Part shown: positions 1 through 7,751 of the stretch, in pieces
Layout: each line of letters opens with the position of its first letter
Numbering within the stretch: position 1 is the first letter of the stretch
IMG/VR virus record: IMGVR_UViG_3300042691_022988
Direction: 5' to 3' (one strand)
DNA: 20,000 nucleotides
Origin: an uncultured virus (IMG/VR IMGVR_UViG_3300042691_022988)
Lineage: Duplodnaviria > Heunggongvirae > Uroviricota > Caudoviricetes
Program-made: the position numbers and the translations under genes
The notes under the pieces: model-generated
The model's database searches: none
The model's input: only the letters and a program-made list of their open reading frames with translations
What the model was told of the DNA's origin: nothing

Positions 1-844
1 GTGGGAGATGGTTTTTAGAATCGTGAAATTTGGAGAAAAGGTTGCCATTTTCACGCCTGAAGAATTACCAGCAGAGCAGTTTTACCACGACCTGGTCGAA
101 ATTTACTTTGGAAAAGACTGCACACCCAACAACCCCAACCGCCCGTCATACGAAGCGTACATGAAAGTGTATAAAATGATTGGAGAACACATATTTATGG
201 TTTACCCTAAAAGTGTAAGCCCTACTCCTGAATACGTTAAGGAGGTATTCCTTACCCTCATCGTAAAGCATGGAGTAGAGCGAGTTATCATCGACCCGTT
301 CAACCAGATGGCAAATGATTACACGAAGGGAGGAGGACGCAGCGACAAGTACCTGGAGACGTTTCTATCTGACTGCACCCGTTTTGCCAGAAAGAACAAC
401 GTGTACTTCGACATAGTGGTTCACCCACACAAAATGAGGAAGGGAGATGACGGTAACTATCCATGCCCAGAAGTATTTGACCTTGCCGACGGAGCAATGT
501 GGAACAACAAGGCTGACAACATTCTCATATACCACCGTCCGTTCGCTCAGACAGCCCCAGAAAGCCCTATCTGCGAGTTCCATAGTAAGAAGATCCGACG
601 ACAAAAGATCGTGGGTATAAAGGGCTTCTTTGAGTTCCAGTTACAGAGGAACACTCGAAGGTTTACTTTTGATGGAGTGGACTACCTGCAACAAGCGATT
701 GATGGCAAGTATGTACAAGCTACAATGGAAGAACCAAAGCCCTCTGTAATTAAGCCAAACAGAAGTTGGACTGACTCAAAAGAAGCAAAGGAGTGGAATG
801 AAGAAATAGATCACCCGAACGGCTACAAAGAGGCCTGGGAATAA
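1..844 (+). CDS. SF4 (DnaB/T7 gp4/Twinkle-like) replicative helicase, C-terminal part; 5' end outside window
   Basis: Frame is open from the window start (TGG GAG ATG). Motifs: Walker-B-like VIIDPFN, VVHPHK and DLADGAMWNNKADN, as in Twinkle-type primase-helicases. Acidic C-tail; SSB-like gene follows. Confidence 0.8.
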   Translation, partial: WEMVFRIVKFGEKVAIFTPEELPAEQFYHDLVEIYFGKDCTPNNPNRPSYEAYMKVYKMIGEHIFMVYPKSVSPTPEYVKEVFLTLIVKHGVERVIIDPFNQMANDYTKGGGRSDKYLETFLSDCTRFARKNNVYFDIVVHPHKMRKGDDGNYPCPEVFDLADGAMWNNKADNILIYHRPFAQTAPESPICEFHSKKIRRQKIVGIKGFFEFQLQRNTRRFTFDGVDYLQQAIDGKYVQATMEEPKPSVIKPNRSWTDSKEAKEWNEEIDHPNGYKEAWE

Positions 845-860
845 TTTAACATTTTTTTTC

Positions 861-891
861 TTGCATAAAAGAAACATATATGCTACATTTG
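861..891 (+). promoter_or_regulatory. Bacteroidetes sigma-A type promoter
   Basis: TTG (861-863), 20-nt spacer, TACATTTG (884-891, TAnnTTTG), upstream of ATG 925. Confidence 0.75.
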
Positions 892-924
892 CGAATATAA
901 CCAATATAAATTAATCAAAAAGTT

Positions 925-1560
925 ATGGGATTAAATCAAGGTGGTTCATCAAACCGTACTTACCTCAGTATTGCTGGCGGTAAGATTGCCAAGCGCGTTC
1001 CTGAAGGAACAGCTGGCTCAATTAAGTGTATGAGTAAAGACGGTACTAAGATTTGGTACGAAGAGCGTTACACATCACTTTCAGGCTACATCACAGACGT
1101 GTTTAAGCGTGTGTCCGAACAGGGATATGGCGATCAGCTGTGTATTGTATTGAAAGATGGTGATAAGGAATACCAAATCCAAATGCCGTGGAGTTCACGC
1201 TACTCATCCGGATTCTTTTTGTCAATGCCTAACATCGATGCCGGAAAAGAGATTACTCTTACTCCATGGTCTAAGGAGATTGACGGCAAAACCCGTACAA
1301 TGCTTTACCTGCGTCAGGGACAAGAAGACATCAAGTGGGCATGGACTAAAGACAACCCCGGAAATATGCCTGAAATGAAACAAATCAAGGTAAAGGGTCA
1401 AGTTGTATGGGATGACTCAGAGCGTCAAGAATTCTTTGAAAAGCATCTCAACGACATATTCTTGCCACAGGTCAAGGCCGTAAGTTCCGTAAAGAAATTA
1501 GATTCGTATGCTGCCCCAGAGGTAGTTGAGGATCCAGATGACGACGGATTGCCATTTTAA
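925..1560 (+). CDS. Putative single-stranded DNA-binding protein
   Basis: 211 aa, beta-rich core, acidic tail ending EDPDDDGLPF typical of SSBs; adjacent to helicase. Confidence 0.65.
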   Translation: MGLNQGGSSNRTYLSIAGGKIAKRVPEGTAGSIKCMSKDGTKIWYEERYTSLSGYITDVFKRVSEQGYGDQLCIVLKDGDKEYQIQMPWSSRYSSGFFLSMPNIDAGKEITLTPWSKEIDGKTRTMLYLRQGQEDIKWAWTKDNPGNMPEMKQIKVKGQVVWDDSERQEFFEKHLNDIFLPQVKAVSSVKKLDSYAAPEVVEDPDDDGLPF

Positions 1561-1570
1561 TCTTAACCAA

Positions 1571-1613
1571 GAGTCGTGGCGGGGGATAAATGCAAGCAAA
1601 CCCGCCACGGCTT
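1571..1613 (+). other. Intergenic 13-bp stem-loop
   Basis: GAGTCGTGGCGGG (1571-1583) pairs with CCCGCCACGGCTT (1601-1613), using G-U pairs on the + strand. No U-run. Confidence 0.55.
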
Positions 1614-1628
1614 AAACCAAACGAACAA

Positions 1629-2114
1629 ATGAGATACACATTCAAAGACCTAGTAGAAATGGTTCCGTTTGCAAGACGGGCCGAATTCACAAAGATTTAC
1701 GAGTACCTCCACAAGGTAGATAATCCACACGAAAACGACATCTTAGAAAAGGTAAGCAAGCACTTCGAAGTACCAACCGCTGACATTAAAAGCGATAAGA
1801 GATTTGCAGATGTTGTTCTTGCTCGTCAAATGTATGTAACGGCAGTAAAAGTGTGTTCAACGAAAAGCCTAGCAGAAGTTGCTAGAACAGTGAATAAAGA
1901 CCACGCAACTGTATGTCATGCAATGAAAACCATAAAGGGTGATTACAGCTACAATGCGGTACGCCGAAATAAAATTCGTCACTTTATTGCTGACCTTGAT
2001 CCAACTAAACAAGAACTTTTATTAGATTTTTTCAATGAACGGAATCCCGATATCCTTGCCGCCTACTCCGTCGATGTCGACCGAGTTACAGCACCTGCGG
2101 AGCCTAAGGCATGA
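1629..2114 (+). CDS. DnaA domain IV (Bac_DnaA_C)-like helix-turn-helix DNA-binding protein
   Basis: ILEKVSKHFEV..DIKSDKR..VVLARQ..SLAEVARTVNKDHATVCHAMKTI matches the DnaA C-terminal pattern (RQ...SL..IG...RDHTTV.HA..KI). No AAA+ domain. ATG 1629 follows an A/C-rich leader. Confidence 0.75.
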   Translation: MRYTFKDLVEMVPFARRAEFTKIYEYLHKVDNPHENDILEKVSKHFEVPTADIKSDKRFADVVLARQMYVTAVKVCSTKSLAEVARTVNKDHATVCHAMKTIKGDYSYNAVRRNKIRHFIADLDPTKQELLLDFFNERNPDILAAYSVDVDRVTAPAEPKA

Positions 2115-2304
2115 AATGCTTGCTGGTGACAGCCAATACCCCAAGAAAAAAGGTGTATACAAGCCAAAAGACAAATACAGGAGAGATTATTTCTTGATGC
2201 GTCTGATTAACAAGAGATTGTACGAATTAACCGGTAATGATATGTACCTTTGGCTTGGTGGACTTTTCAATGAACTAAAAAAAATAGAAGATGGGCAGAA
2301 TTGA
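2074..2304 (+). CDS. Hypothetical protein (start uncertain: 2035, 2074 or 2116)
   Basis: ORF fills the gap between neighbours and overlaps both. Confidence 0.5.
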   Translation: MSTELQHLRSLRHEMLAGDSQYPKKKGVYKPKDKYRRDYFLMRLINKRLYELTGNDMYLWLGGLFNELKKIEDGQN

Positions 2305-2569
2305 AATAAAAGACGCAAAGCGCACCATTGATGGGAAAAGGGTTAATGCTTACCGCGTTAGAACAATCGGAGAAAATAATGAAATACTCCAGACCTCAGA
2401 AGTTTTAAATTCTCCTGACGCTGTTAAAAAACATATCAAAGCAATGGCGATGGCTTGGGGCAGCGAAGGCGAATGCGAGGTTATTGATTGCACTTACCGT
2501 GGCAAGTTTGACGGCAAGTCAATAGAGCTTGAAAAGTACGACAAGCTAAAGTTTGAAGTTATTTTTTAG
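2291..2569 (+). CDS. Hypothetical protein, weak YegP/DUF1508-like resemblance
   Basis: YRVRTIGENNEILQTSEVLNS..AVKKHI resembles the DUF1508 pattern (F.LKA.NGEII.TSE.Y.S...A..GI). Confidence 0.55.
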   Translation: MGRIEIKDAKRTIDGKRVNAYRVRTIGENNEILQTSEVLNSPDAVKKHIKAMAMAWGSEGECEVIDCTYRGKFDGKSIELEKYDKLKFEVIF

Positions 2570-2849
2570 AAGACTTACCGTTATGCCCATTCCTAGCTCT
2601 ATTGGAAGACTGCTTTTCTCTAACCATTTTACCAGATTTGGTATGAGACATATCCTTTCCGTCGCCATTACCGTAGGTATTTGCCTTGCGGTTGGCGCGG
2701 TTAAGGGATGCTCGGTACTTTTTCCTCTCTTCAGTAGAGTGGTACTTTTTGTCATACTCAGCCTTTTTTTCTTTGGAATCGGGATTTTTTGCATAATGTT
2801 TAGCAGATCTAGATTTTCCCAAAGAACGACCGGCAAGTTTATTTCTCAT
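2559..2849 (-). CDS. Small basic HNH-like phage protein
   Basis: K/R-rich, with GDGKDMSH...SSNRARNG, as in small phage HNH-like proteins. Has its own promoter at 2865-2872 (-). Confidence 0.65.
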   Translation of the reverse strand: MRNKLAGRSLGKSRSAKHYAKNPDSKEKKAEYDKKYHSTEERKKYRASLNRANRKANTYGNGDGKDMSHTKSGKMVREKQSSNRARNGHNGKSSKK

Positions 2850-2864
2850 GGCTATGAATTTGAG

Positions 2865-2872
2865 CAAAGATA
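2865..2872 (-). promoter_or_regulatory. Bacteroidetes -7 promoter element
   Basis: CAAAGATA reads TATCTTTG on the minus strand, 15 nt upstream of ATG 2849. Confidence 0.65.
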
Positions 2873-2933
2873 AATTAAAATTTACCGTATAATGTCAATC
2901 ATTGAATCGCGAATATTTGAGAGGTTTAGTTGG

Positions 2934-2968
2934 TTTGAAAACGGGGAAAATAAAACGATGTATATTTG
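2934..2968 (+). promoter_or_regulatory. Bacteroidetes promoter, divergent from the 2865 promoter
   Basis: TTTG (2934-2937) and TATATTTG (2961-2968). Confidence 0.6.
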
Positions 2969-3055
2969 CGTACCGGCAACGCTGGTGATAATGGGCGAGA
3001 TAAATCAAAAAACACATTTTATATTTTGGAACTAAAGAAATCATTTATCCGATAT

Positions 3056-3265
3056 ATGTTGGAAATACCCAACATAACACTAACCGCATTTTTGATTGCG
3101 TTTGGTATTGCACTAGTCCTTTCTATAATTGAGAAAAACTATCCAAGCGCGATAGGTTGTTTTCTAACCATAGCAACCATATTGCCAATCAAGTATATGG
3201 TCTGGAGAAAACAAGTACAAGTAGAAAATAAAAAGCAAAAAGTCATCGTAATCAAAAGAAAATGA
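3056..3265 (+). CDS. Small two-TM membrane protein
   Basis: MLEIPNITLTAFLIAFGIALVLSII...AIGCFLTIATILPIKYMVW plus a basic tail. Confidence 0.6.
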   Translation: MLEIPNITLTAFLIAFGIALVLSIIEKNYPSAIGCFLTIATILPIKYMVWRKQVQVENKKQKVIVIKRK

Positions 3266-3351
3266 ACAAGCTAAAAAGTTTGTTGATACATTTGCTGAGT
3301 TGCGTTGTTGTGGCGCAAGTTCAGTTTGTTTTAATCATTTCGTTTGTGTGA
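3262..3351 (+). CDS. Possible 29-aa hydrophobic peptide (alternatively an sRNA locus, see findings)
   Basis: ATGA overlap with the upstream stop; MNKLKSLLIHLLSCVVVAQVQFVLIISFV*. Confidence 0.3.
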   Translation: MNKLKSLLIHLLSCVVVAQVQFVLIISFV

Positions 3352-3379
3352 ACCGCTCCTAACAAGGGGCGGTTTTTTT
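3351..3379 (+). terminator. Intrinsic terminator
   Basis: AACCGCTCCT-AACA-AGGGGCGGTT followed by a T-run. Confidence 0.8.
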
Positions 3380-3394
3380 CTCGGTGATGGTGAT

Positions 3395-3402
3395 TATATT
3401 TG
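3395..3402 (+). promoter_or_regulatory. Bacteroidetes -7 promoter element
   Basis: TATATTTG upstream of ATG 3418. Confidence 0.6.
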
Positions 3403-3417
3403 CAATATATCAACCAA

Positions 3418-4440
3418 ATGAAAAATAACGTACAAAACTATCGCAACGTACTCAACGATACTCGCGATATAAGCCAAAACAAAAAACTAGAAGAGGAGTG
3501 GAATAAGGCTGAAACCGGGTCTAATCTACAATCTTTTAAAAGAGGTTTCCTGGCGTGGAAGAAAACAAACTCACACAAGGAGCCGGTGAAAAAAGCACGA
3601 TTTAAACCACAAGCAATTGTAAATGCGTTCGAGGATATCATTAATGAGCTGATTCCCGACAGTAATCCATTGGGTCTCCCAGACTCAAAGGAAAACAAGT
3701 ACAGCCCGTATAAATTTCCAACTAATCATAATGATATCCTATTTCTCACCGACATTCACGTACCATATCACAACATTGCTGCCGTCACAGCTGCACTCAA
3801 GTACGGTCTTGAAAATGAGGTCAACACAATCTACATTAACGGGGACCTCATCGACTTCTACGCAATCAGCCGCTTCCAAAAGGATCCGCGAAAAAGGGAC
3901 CTCGCCTCGGAAATCTACATGGCAAGAGACTTCCTCTACACCCTGCGACGATTGTTCCCTACACAAGCAATATACTTCAAAGCAGGAAACCACGACATCC
4001 GTTGGGACCACTATTTAATCAACAATGCCTCAGATCTTGTGGGGATTGAAGAGTTCTCATTGCAATCCATTCTTCACTTGGATAAACTGAACATCACGTT
4101 TATTCCAGACAAACAACTTGTTAGAATGGGTAAGCTAGTAGCCCTTCATGGGCATGAGTTTGGGTCAAGTATGTTTAGCCCAGTAAACATTGCCCGTGGT
4201 CTTTATCTTCGAGCCAAGGATAACGCTATCTGCGGACACCACCACCAGACGTCGGAGCATACCGAGCCAAACATCAACGGAAAGGTAACCACCTGCTGGT
4301 CGGTAGCTTGCCTTTGTGAGCTGCATCCGGACTATATGCCAATTAACAAATTTACACACGGATTTGCACACGTCAAAGTGTTTGATAATGAAGACTTTGA
4401 GGTGACAAACTACCGTATCGTGGATGGTAAGATTAAGTAG
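3418..4440 (+). CDS. Calcineurin-like metallophosphoesterase
   Basis: All five motifs present: TDIH, GDLIDF, GNHD, HGHE, GHHH. Confidence 0.85.
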   Translation: MKNNVQNYRNVLNDTRDISQNKKLEEEWNKAETGSNLQSFKRGFLAWKKTNSHKEPVKKARFKPQAIVNAFEDIINELIPDSNPLGLPDSKENKYSPYKFPTNHNDILFLTDIHVPYHNIAAVTAALKYGLENEVNTIYINGDLIDFYAISRFQKDPRKRDLASEIYMARDFLYTLRRLFPTQAIYFKAGNHDIRWDHYLINNASDLVGIEEFSLQSILHLDKLNITFIPDKQLVRMGKLVALHGHEFGSSMFSPVNIARGLYLRAKDNAICGHHHQTSEHTEPNINGKVTTCWSVACLCELHPDYMPINKFTHGFAHVKVFDNEDFEVTNYRIVDGKIK

Positions 4441-4519
4441 TCACTCGTAACATTTTTGTGCGTGTTTTTGTTACGAGAGATGTGCGTTTTTTTCTGTATT
4501 TTGCATAACGGGATGTGCA

Positions 4520-4762
4520 ATGGAAAACTTCAGGATCAAATACAGAAAGTTGGGCAGGGAAAAGGCCAGGGGTCTTTACCATGAAGACGGCTTGATTGAA
4601 ATTGATCCTCGCCTTCCAGCCAAAGAACATTTGGAGGTTGCAATTCACGAATATTTACACCACGAATTCAAGCATTGGGATGAACACTATGTTGAAGAGT
4701 ATGGTGTAAAAATATCAGAGTTTCTTTGGGCATTAGGTTATAGAAGAGTAAATTTGGACTAA
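4520..4762 (+). CDS. Small zincin-like HExxH protein
   Basis: GLY...LIEIDPRL...EVAIHEYLHH...E pattern. Confidence 0.65.
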   Translation: MENFRIKYRKLGREKARGLYHEDGLIEIDPRLPAKEHLEVAIHEYLHHEFKHWDEHYVEEYGVKISEFLWALGYRRVNLD

Positions 4763-4763
4763 T

Positions 4764-5018
4764 ATGCTGAGAGTCATATTACCTGTGGTTATTGACACCG
4801 AAGAAAAACGGTTGGCTGATTTGGTTGGTGCTACACCCGAAAAGTATGAGTGTGAGCCAGGCATATTCTATAGTATCGACAATGTTCGCCCATATCAAAA
4901 CTATAAAAATCTTTGTATGGTAAGTTCCGGTGGGGACGACTTCATTATAGGACTTTCTATGGAACAAGTGGATGAAATTATTATGAGCGACGTGAGCTTT
5001 ATGTTTAGCGCAAATTAA
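4764..5018 (+). CDS. Hypothetical protein
   Basis: 84-aa ORF starting immediately after the upstream stop. Confidence 0.7.
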   Translation: MLRVILPVVIDTEEKRLADLVGATPEKYECEPGIFYSIDNVRPYQNYKNLCMVSSGGDDFIIGLSMEQVDEIIMSDVSFMFSAN

Positions 5019-5029
5019 TGTTAAAATGC

Positions 5030-5060
5030 TTGCACCAACTCCACTTGTGTTGTATTTTCG
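5030..5060 (+). promoter_or_regulatory. Variant Bacteroidetes promoter
   Basis: TTG, 20-nt spacer, TATTTTCG (5053-5060), before ATG 5079. Confidence 0.45.
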
Positions 5061-5078
5061 CAACTAATTACAAACGAT

Positions 5079-5552
5079 ATGACAGAACAGGAAAAGAAAA
5101 GACGACTAATTGTTACAGCCTTAGCCGCACAACAGATTTACGCTCAGTGCCACGATGAATGTGTAGAGCTTAAATTCTTCCGACAAGATCTTAAAATGCA
5201 CTCCAAAAACCTGGTTGCAAAGCTGGAAAGAGAGCTGATGCCGCTGTTTGCCGTGTTAGGCAATGTTCAGGGTGGTGAAGCCTACATGAACGCGGTAGAA
5301 TTGATGGAAATCACCCTGCAAAACCTAGCAACCCTACCAGTTGAGTACTGGGCATTAGTTAATCAAGGCGTATCTGACATAAAACGACAAATAGATGAAA
5401 AGAACCAAGCAAGCGCTAAAGGAACACCTGATCCAGAAACTAACGGAGTGGAGGCCGCAGATGGATCAGGACCTGATCACCACGGTGGTGAAGAACAACC
5501 TGCCGGGATTGAAGTCAATGAAGATGGACGAAGTGGAGAATCTACTCATTAA
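5079..5552 (+). CDS. Hypothetical protein (helical N-terminal part, low-complexity overlapping tail)
   Basis: ACAAACGAT-ATG leader; 157-aa ORF. Confidence 0.65.
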   Translation: MTEQEKKRRLIVTALAAQQIYAQCHDECVELKFFRQDLKMHSKNLVAKLERELMPLFAVLGNVQGGEAYMNAVELMEITLQNLATLPVEYWALVNQGVSDIKRQIDEKNQASAKGTPDPETNGVEAADGSGPDHHGGEEQPAGIEVNEDGRSGESTH

Positions 5553-5652
5553 GTGCAAGGATGACCTTTCCCCCTTCACCAATCCCAGTTACGACTCCAC
5601 TTGGAGATGGATACATCCTTTACATAACACCGGGCGGGATGCTAGAGAATGA
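5395..5652 (+). CDS. Possible overlapping hypothetical protein
   Basis: MKRTKQALKEHLIQKLTEW... reads as amphipathic helices but overlaps both neighbours extensively. Confidence 0.4.
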   Translation: MKRTKQALKEHLIQKLTEWRPQMDQDLITTVVKNNLPGLKSMKMDEVENLLIKCKDDLSPFTNPSYDSTWRWIHPLHNTGRDARE

Positions 5653-5752
5653 CGAAATAACGGTCGTTCTCCTTGACGGGGGAAGAATCAAGCACTTTAC
5701 CAGCGACCAAGTCAGAATTTGGAAAAATTCAACCTACGAAATACATGAATAA
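5561..5752 (+). CDS. Hypothetical protein
   Basis: PIPVTTPLGDGYILYI...TVVL..GRIKHF, a beta-rich small phage protein pattern. Confidence 0.65.
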   Translation: MTFPPSPIPVTTPLGDGYILYITPGGMLENDEITVVLLDGGRIKHFTSDQVRIWKNSTYEIHE

Positions 5753-5933
5753 CTACGTAATAACTGTTTGGGACGGCGACAAGCTGGTCCATAACGCAAA
5801 GGCTAAAGCAAAAAGCCCGGAAATGGCTAAAACTAAGGCCCTAAACGACTGCTGGAGACTGGATAAAATGATGGGAACCGAACGAAACTGGCATAAATAC
5901 CGATGGGACATACAAGCGACAATAAGCCGATAA
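5745..5933 (+). CDS. Hypothetical protein
   Basis: MNNYVITVWDGD...; start overlaps the upstream stop. Confidence 0.6.
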   Translation: MNNYVITVWDGDKLVHNAKAKAKSPEMAKTKALNDCWRLDKMMGTERNWHKYRWDIQATISR

Positions 5934-6115
5934 AATACGCCTCGCATTTACTCAACGAGGTAGTTATGGACATGATTATGCGTGAAAAGAAGGGTTTTTC
6001 TCAGTATAATCACACAATGGACCGGGAAGACTTGACAAAGGATGAGTGGATCCAACACGCATACGAGGAGGCGCTTGACCTTGCCCTGTATCTGAAGAAG
6101 ATTATGAAGACGTAG
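5903..6115 (+). CDS. All-alpha NTP pyrophosphohydrolase (MazG-like)-related small protein
   Basis: RE.KG..QY..TMDR.DL...EWIQHAYEEALDLALYL has an EExxD motif typical of this phage family. Confidence 0.55.
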   Translation: MGHTSDNKPIKYASHLLNEVVMDMIMREKKGFSQYNHTMDREDLTKDEWIQHAYEEALDLALYLKKIMKT

Positions 6116-6188
6116 TCACGAATATTTGAAGAATTGTGACACAAACCGGTAACAAATTTTTACCGGATTTGTTACAAAAACAAACGAA

Positions 6189-6311
6189 ATGAACAAAAAG
6201 TACAACTTTTTTAACAGCAGGGAATTTGAAACTCTGATCCCCTACCTGGTCATGATTGCCGTAGGGATTGCAACATTCTACATCATCCAAGTATGTGTAA
6301 ATTTAATGTAA
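6189..6311 (+). CDS. 40-aa single-TM peptide
   Basis: ACAAACGAA-ATG leader; MNKKYNFFNSREFETLIPYLVMIAVGIATFYIIQVCVNLM*. Confidence 0.55.
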   Translation: MNKKYNFFNSREFETLIPYLVMIAVGIATFYIIQVCVNLM

Positions 6312-6316
6312 GAAAG

Positions 6317-6427
6317 ATGATGAGAATGATCTGGTGGGAGTTTAACAAACCGCATTGGATCACAATGGTCATCTACTATCTCGTACTAACAATCCTATAC
6401 TTCCTACTCGTATGGAGCATTACATAA
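6317..6427 (+). CDS. 36-aa single-TM peptide
   Basis: MMRMIWWEFNKPHWITMVIYYLVLTILYFLLVWSIT*. Confidence 0.5.
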   Translation: MMRMIWWEFNKPHWITMVIYYLVLTILYFLLVWSIT

Positions 6428-6504
6428 CCGGATTTATGGCGCTGGCAGCCCTGTACATCTTCGCCTACGGAATCGTCAAGATCGTAGAGAAGTCTGACAA
6501 ATAA
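6412..6504 (+). CDS. 30-aa single-TM peptide
   Basis: MEHYITGFMALAALYIFAYGIVKIVEKSDK*, ending at the terminator. Confidence 0.5.
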   Translation: MEHYITGFMALAALYIFAYGIVKIVEKSDK

Positions 6505-6529
6505 AAAAACCGGGAATGACCCCGGCTTT
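6503..6529 (-). terminator. Terminator between convergent operons (strongest on the minus strand)
   Basis: A7-CCGGG-AATGAC-CCCGG-CTTT. Confidence 0.65.
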
Positions 6530-6569
6530 AATCGTAACTACAACAGTCCCCTGCACGAGACCGTGTTTC

Positions 6570-6833
6570 TTAACAGTCCCACTTGCGAAGAGCCAGCGCC
6601 TTTCTTGTAGGCTTGCCATTAGGCTTTTTCATCGGACCAGGCATACCTCCCATGCGAGCACAGAAGGATTTACGCCTGGACGCTGCTTTGGGAGACTTCT
6701 TGGCTTGTTTGGCAGATACCGGTGGCTTCAACGTGCCTCCAGTCTCGCGTTTATACGCAGCTCGACCCTTGGCATTCAAACCTCCTTCTGGGTTCTTACC
6801 CTCCTTGCGTTGCCATGCTGGTGACTTTGCCAT
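6570..6833 (-). CDS. Basic phage protein, probably DUF6321 family
   Basis: MAKSPAWQRKEGKNPEGGLNAKGRA...RRKSFCARM...KALALRKWDC, recalled as a widespread aquatic-phage family. The Pfam name is from memory. Confidence 0.8.
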   Translation of the reverse strand: MAKSPAWQRKEGKNPEGGLNAKGRAAYKRETGGTLKPPVSAKQAKKSPKAASRRKSFCARMGGMPGPMKKPNGKPTRKALALRKWDC

Positions 6834-7301
6834 TTATCCCTTTTTTAGATTTTTATTAACACGCTTCACGGTCTTTTTTGCAGATGCGTAATCAAGATTA
6901 TTAGCGGTATAAGAATAACCACCAGAAAGGTTTCTTGTATATCCTGTTTTTTGAGATGGTTTCGCCAAACCCTTTAATTTATTTACCAGTCCCTTATCAA
7001 CTACCTTTTCTTTTGTAGCAGTAGTGCTTGTTTGTTTTTTAGGACCATAACGGTAAATATCAGTTGACGAAGAAGAAAGAGATTTTACCTTTCTAGTAGC
7101 GCCATTTGCGAACTTTTGTTTTGCTTTTACTTTTTTCGTAGATAGATCCTGACCCTTTTCAGTAAGAGCCTTGCGATAAACAGAACGACTTTTTGTAACC
7201 GTACCCTGCGCGTCTACGCTTTTAGATTTGGTAATGGTTTTTTGATTACCACTAAAAGGATTAGTGCGAACTATCGTTTTTTCTTTTGGTTTATTAGCCA
7301 T
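6834..7301 (-). CDS. Lys/Thr/Ser-rich basic protein
   Basis: 155 aa; abuts the downstream gene. Confidence 0.75.
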   Translation of the reverse strand: MANKPKEKTIVRTNPFSGNQKTITKSKSVDAQGTVTKSRSVYRKALTEKGQDLSTKKVKAKQKFANGATRKVKSLSSSSTDIYRYGPKKQTSTTATKEKVVDKGLVNKLKGLAKPSQKTGYTRNLSGGYSYTANNLDYASAKKTVKRVNKNLKKG

Positions 7302-7319
7302 TGTATCTAATTTTTAAAA

Positions 7320-7481
7320 TTATTTTACCTTAGTTGTCCTCATCATCAACTGTCTTTTTGGACCAGATGTAGAGACCTTGGTTGTCTTCATCATTAATTG
7401 TTTTTTAGGAGTTGATGAAGAAACTTTTGTGGTCTTCATCATCAACTTTTTCTTTGGGTCTGGTTGATTTTTCTTGATCAT
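7320..7481 (-). CDS. 53-aa basic protein with three internal repeats
   Basis: MIKKNQPD-PKKKLMMKTTKVSSST-PKKQLMMKTTKVSTSG-PKRQLMMRTTKVK*; ATG is 1 nt after the upstream stop. Confidence 0.7.
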   Translation of the reverse strand: MIKKNQPDPKKKLMMKTTKVSSSTPKKQLMMKTTKVSTSGPKRQLMMRTTKVK

Positions 7482-7482
7482 G

Positions 7483-7632
7483 TTATTTCTTTTTAGCTGT
7501 TTTCTTTGACTGTGCAAATGCCTTTGCCGTAGGTGCGCCCTTCGTTCCGGGCTTCCTCATCTTCTCGCCTGATCCAGCAGCAATTCTCTTGCGCTTGGCG
7601 TTGATGTTTGCGTATAGTCCCTGTTTTGCCAT
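7483..7632 (-). CDS. 49-aa basic phage protein (missed by the ORF track)
   Basis: MAKQGLYANINAKRKRIAAGSGEKMRKPGTKGAPTAKAFAQSKKTAKKK*; TAATG coupling; GLYANI.AKRKRI motif recalled from aquatic phages. Confidence 0.8.
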   Translation of the reverse strand: MAKQGLYANINAKRKRIAAGSGEKMRKPGTKGAPTAKAFAQSKKTAKKK

Positions 7633-7751
7633 TATCCCTGTCCTCTTGTTGGTTTAACATTCTTATCCTTGGGAGACTTGCGCTTAAAGGGCTTGCCCTC
7701 CTTTCTTTTGCCAAAGGTAGTCTTTAATCCGCTTCCTAGTGCCTTTGCCAT
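7632..7751 (-). CDS. 39-aa basic peptide ending RGQG (missed by the ORF track)
   Basis: MAKALGSGLKTTFGKRKEGKPFKRKSPKDKNVKPTRGQG*; TAATG overlaps at both ends. Confidence 0.75.
   Translation of the reverse strand: MAKALGSGLKTTFGKRKEGKPFKRKSPKDKNVKPTRGQG

Noticed and set aside
2546..2873. ORFs 2553-2873 (+) and 2546-2836 (-)
   Set aside because: Shadow frames of the Lys-rich minus gene; the apparent hydrophobicity comes from antisense AAA codons.
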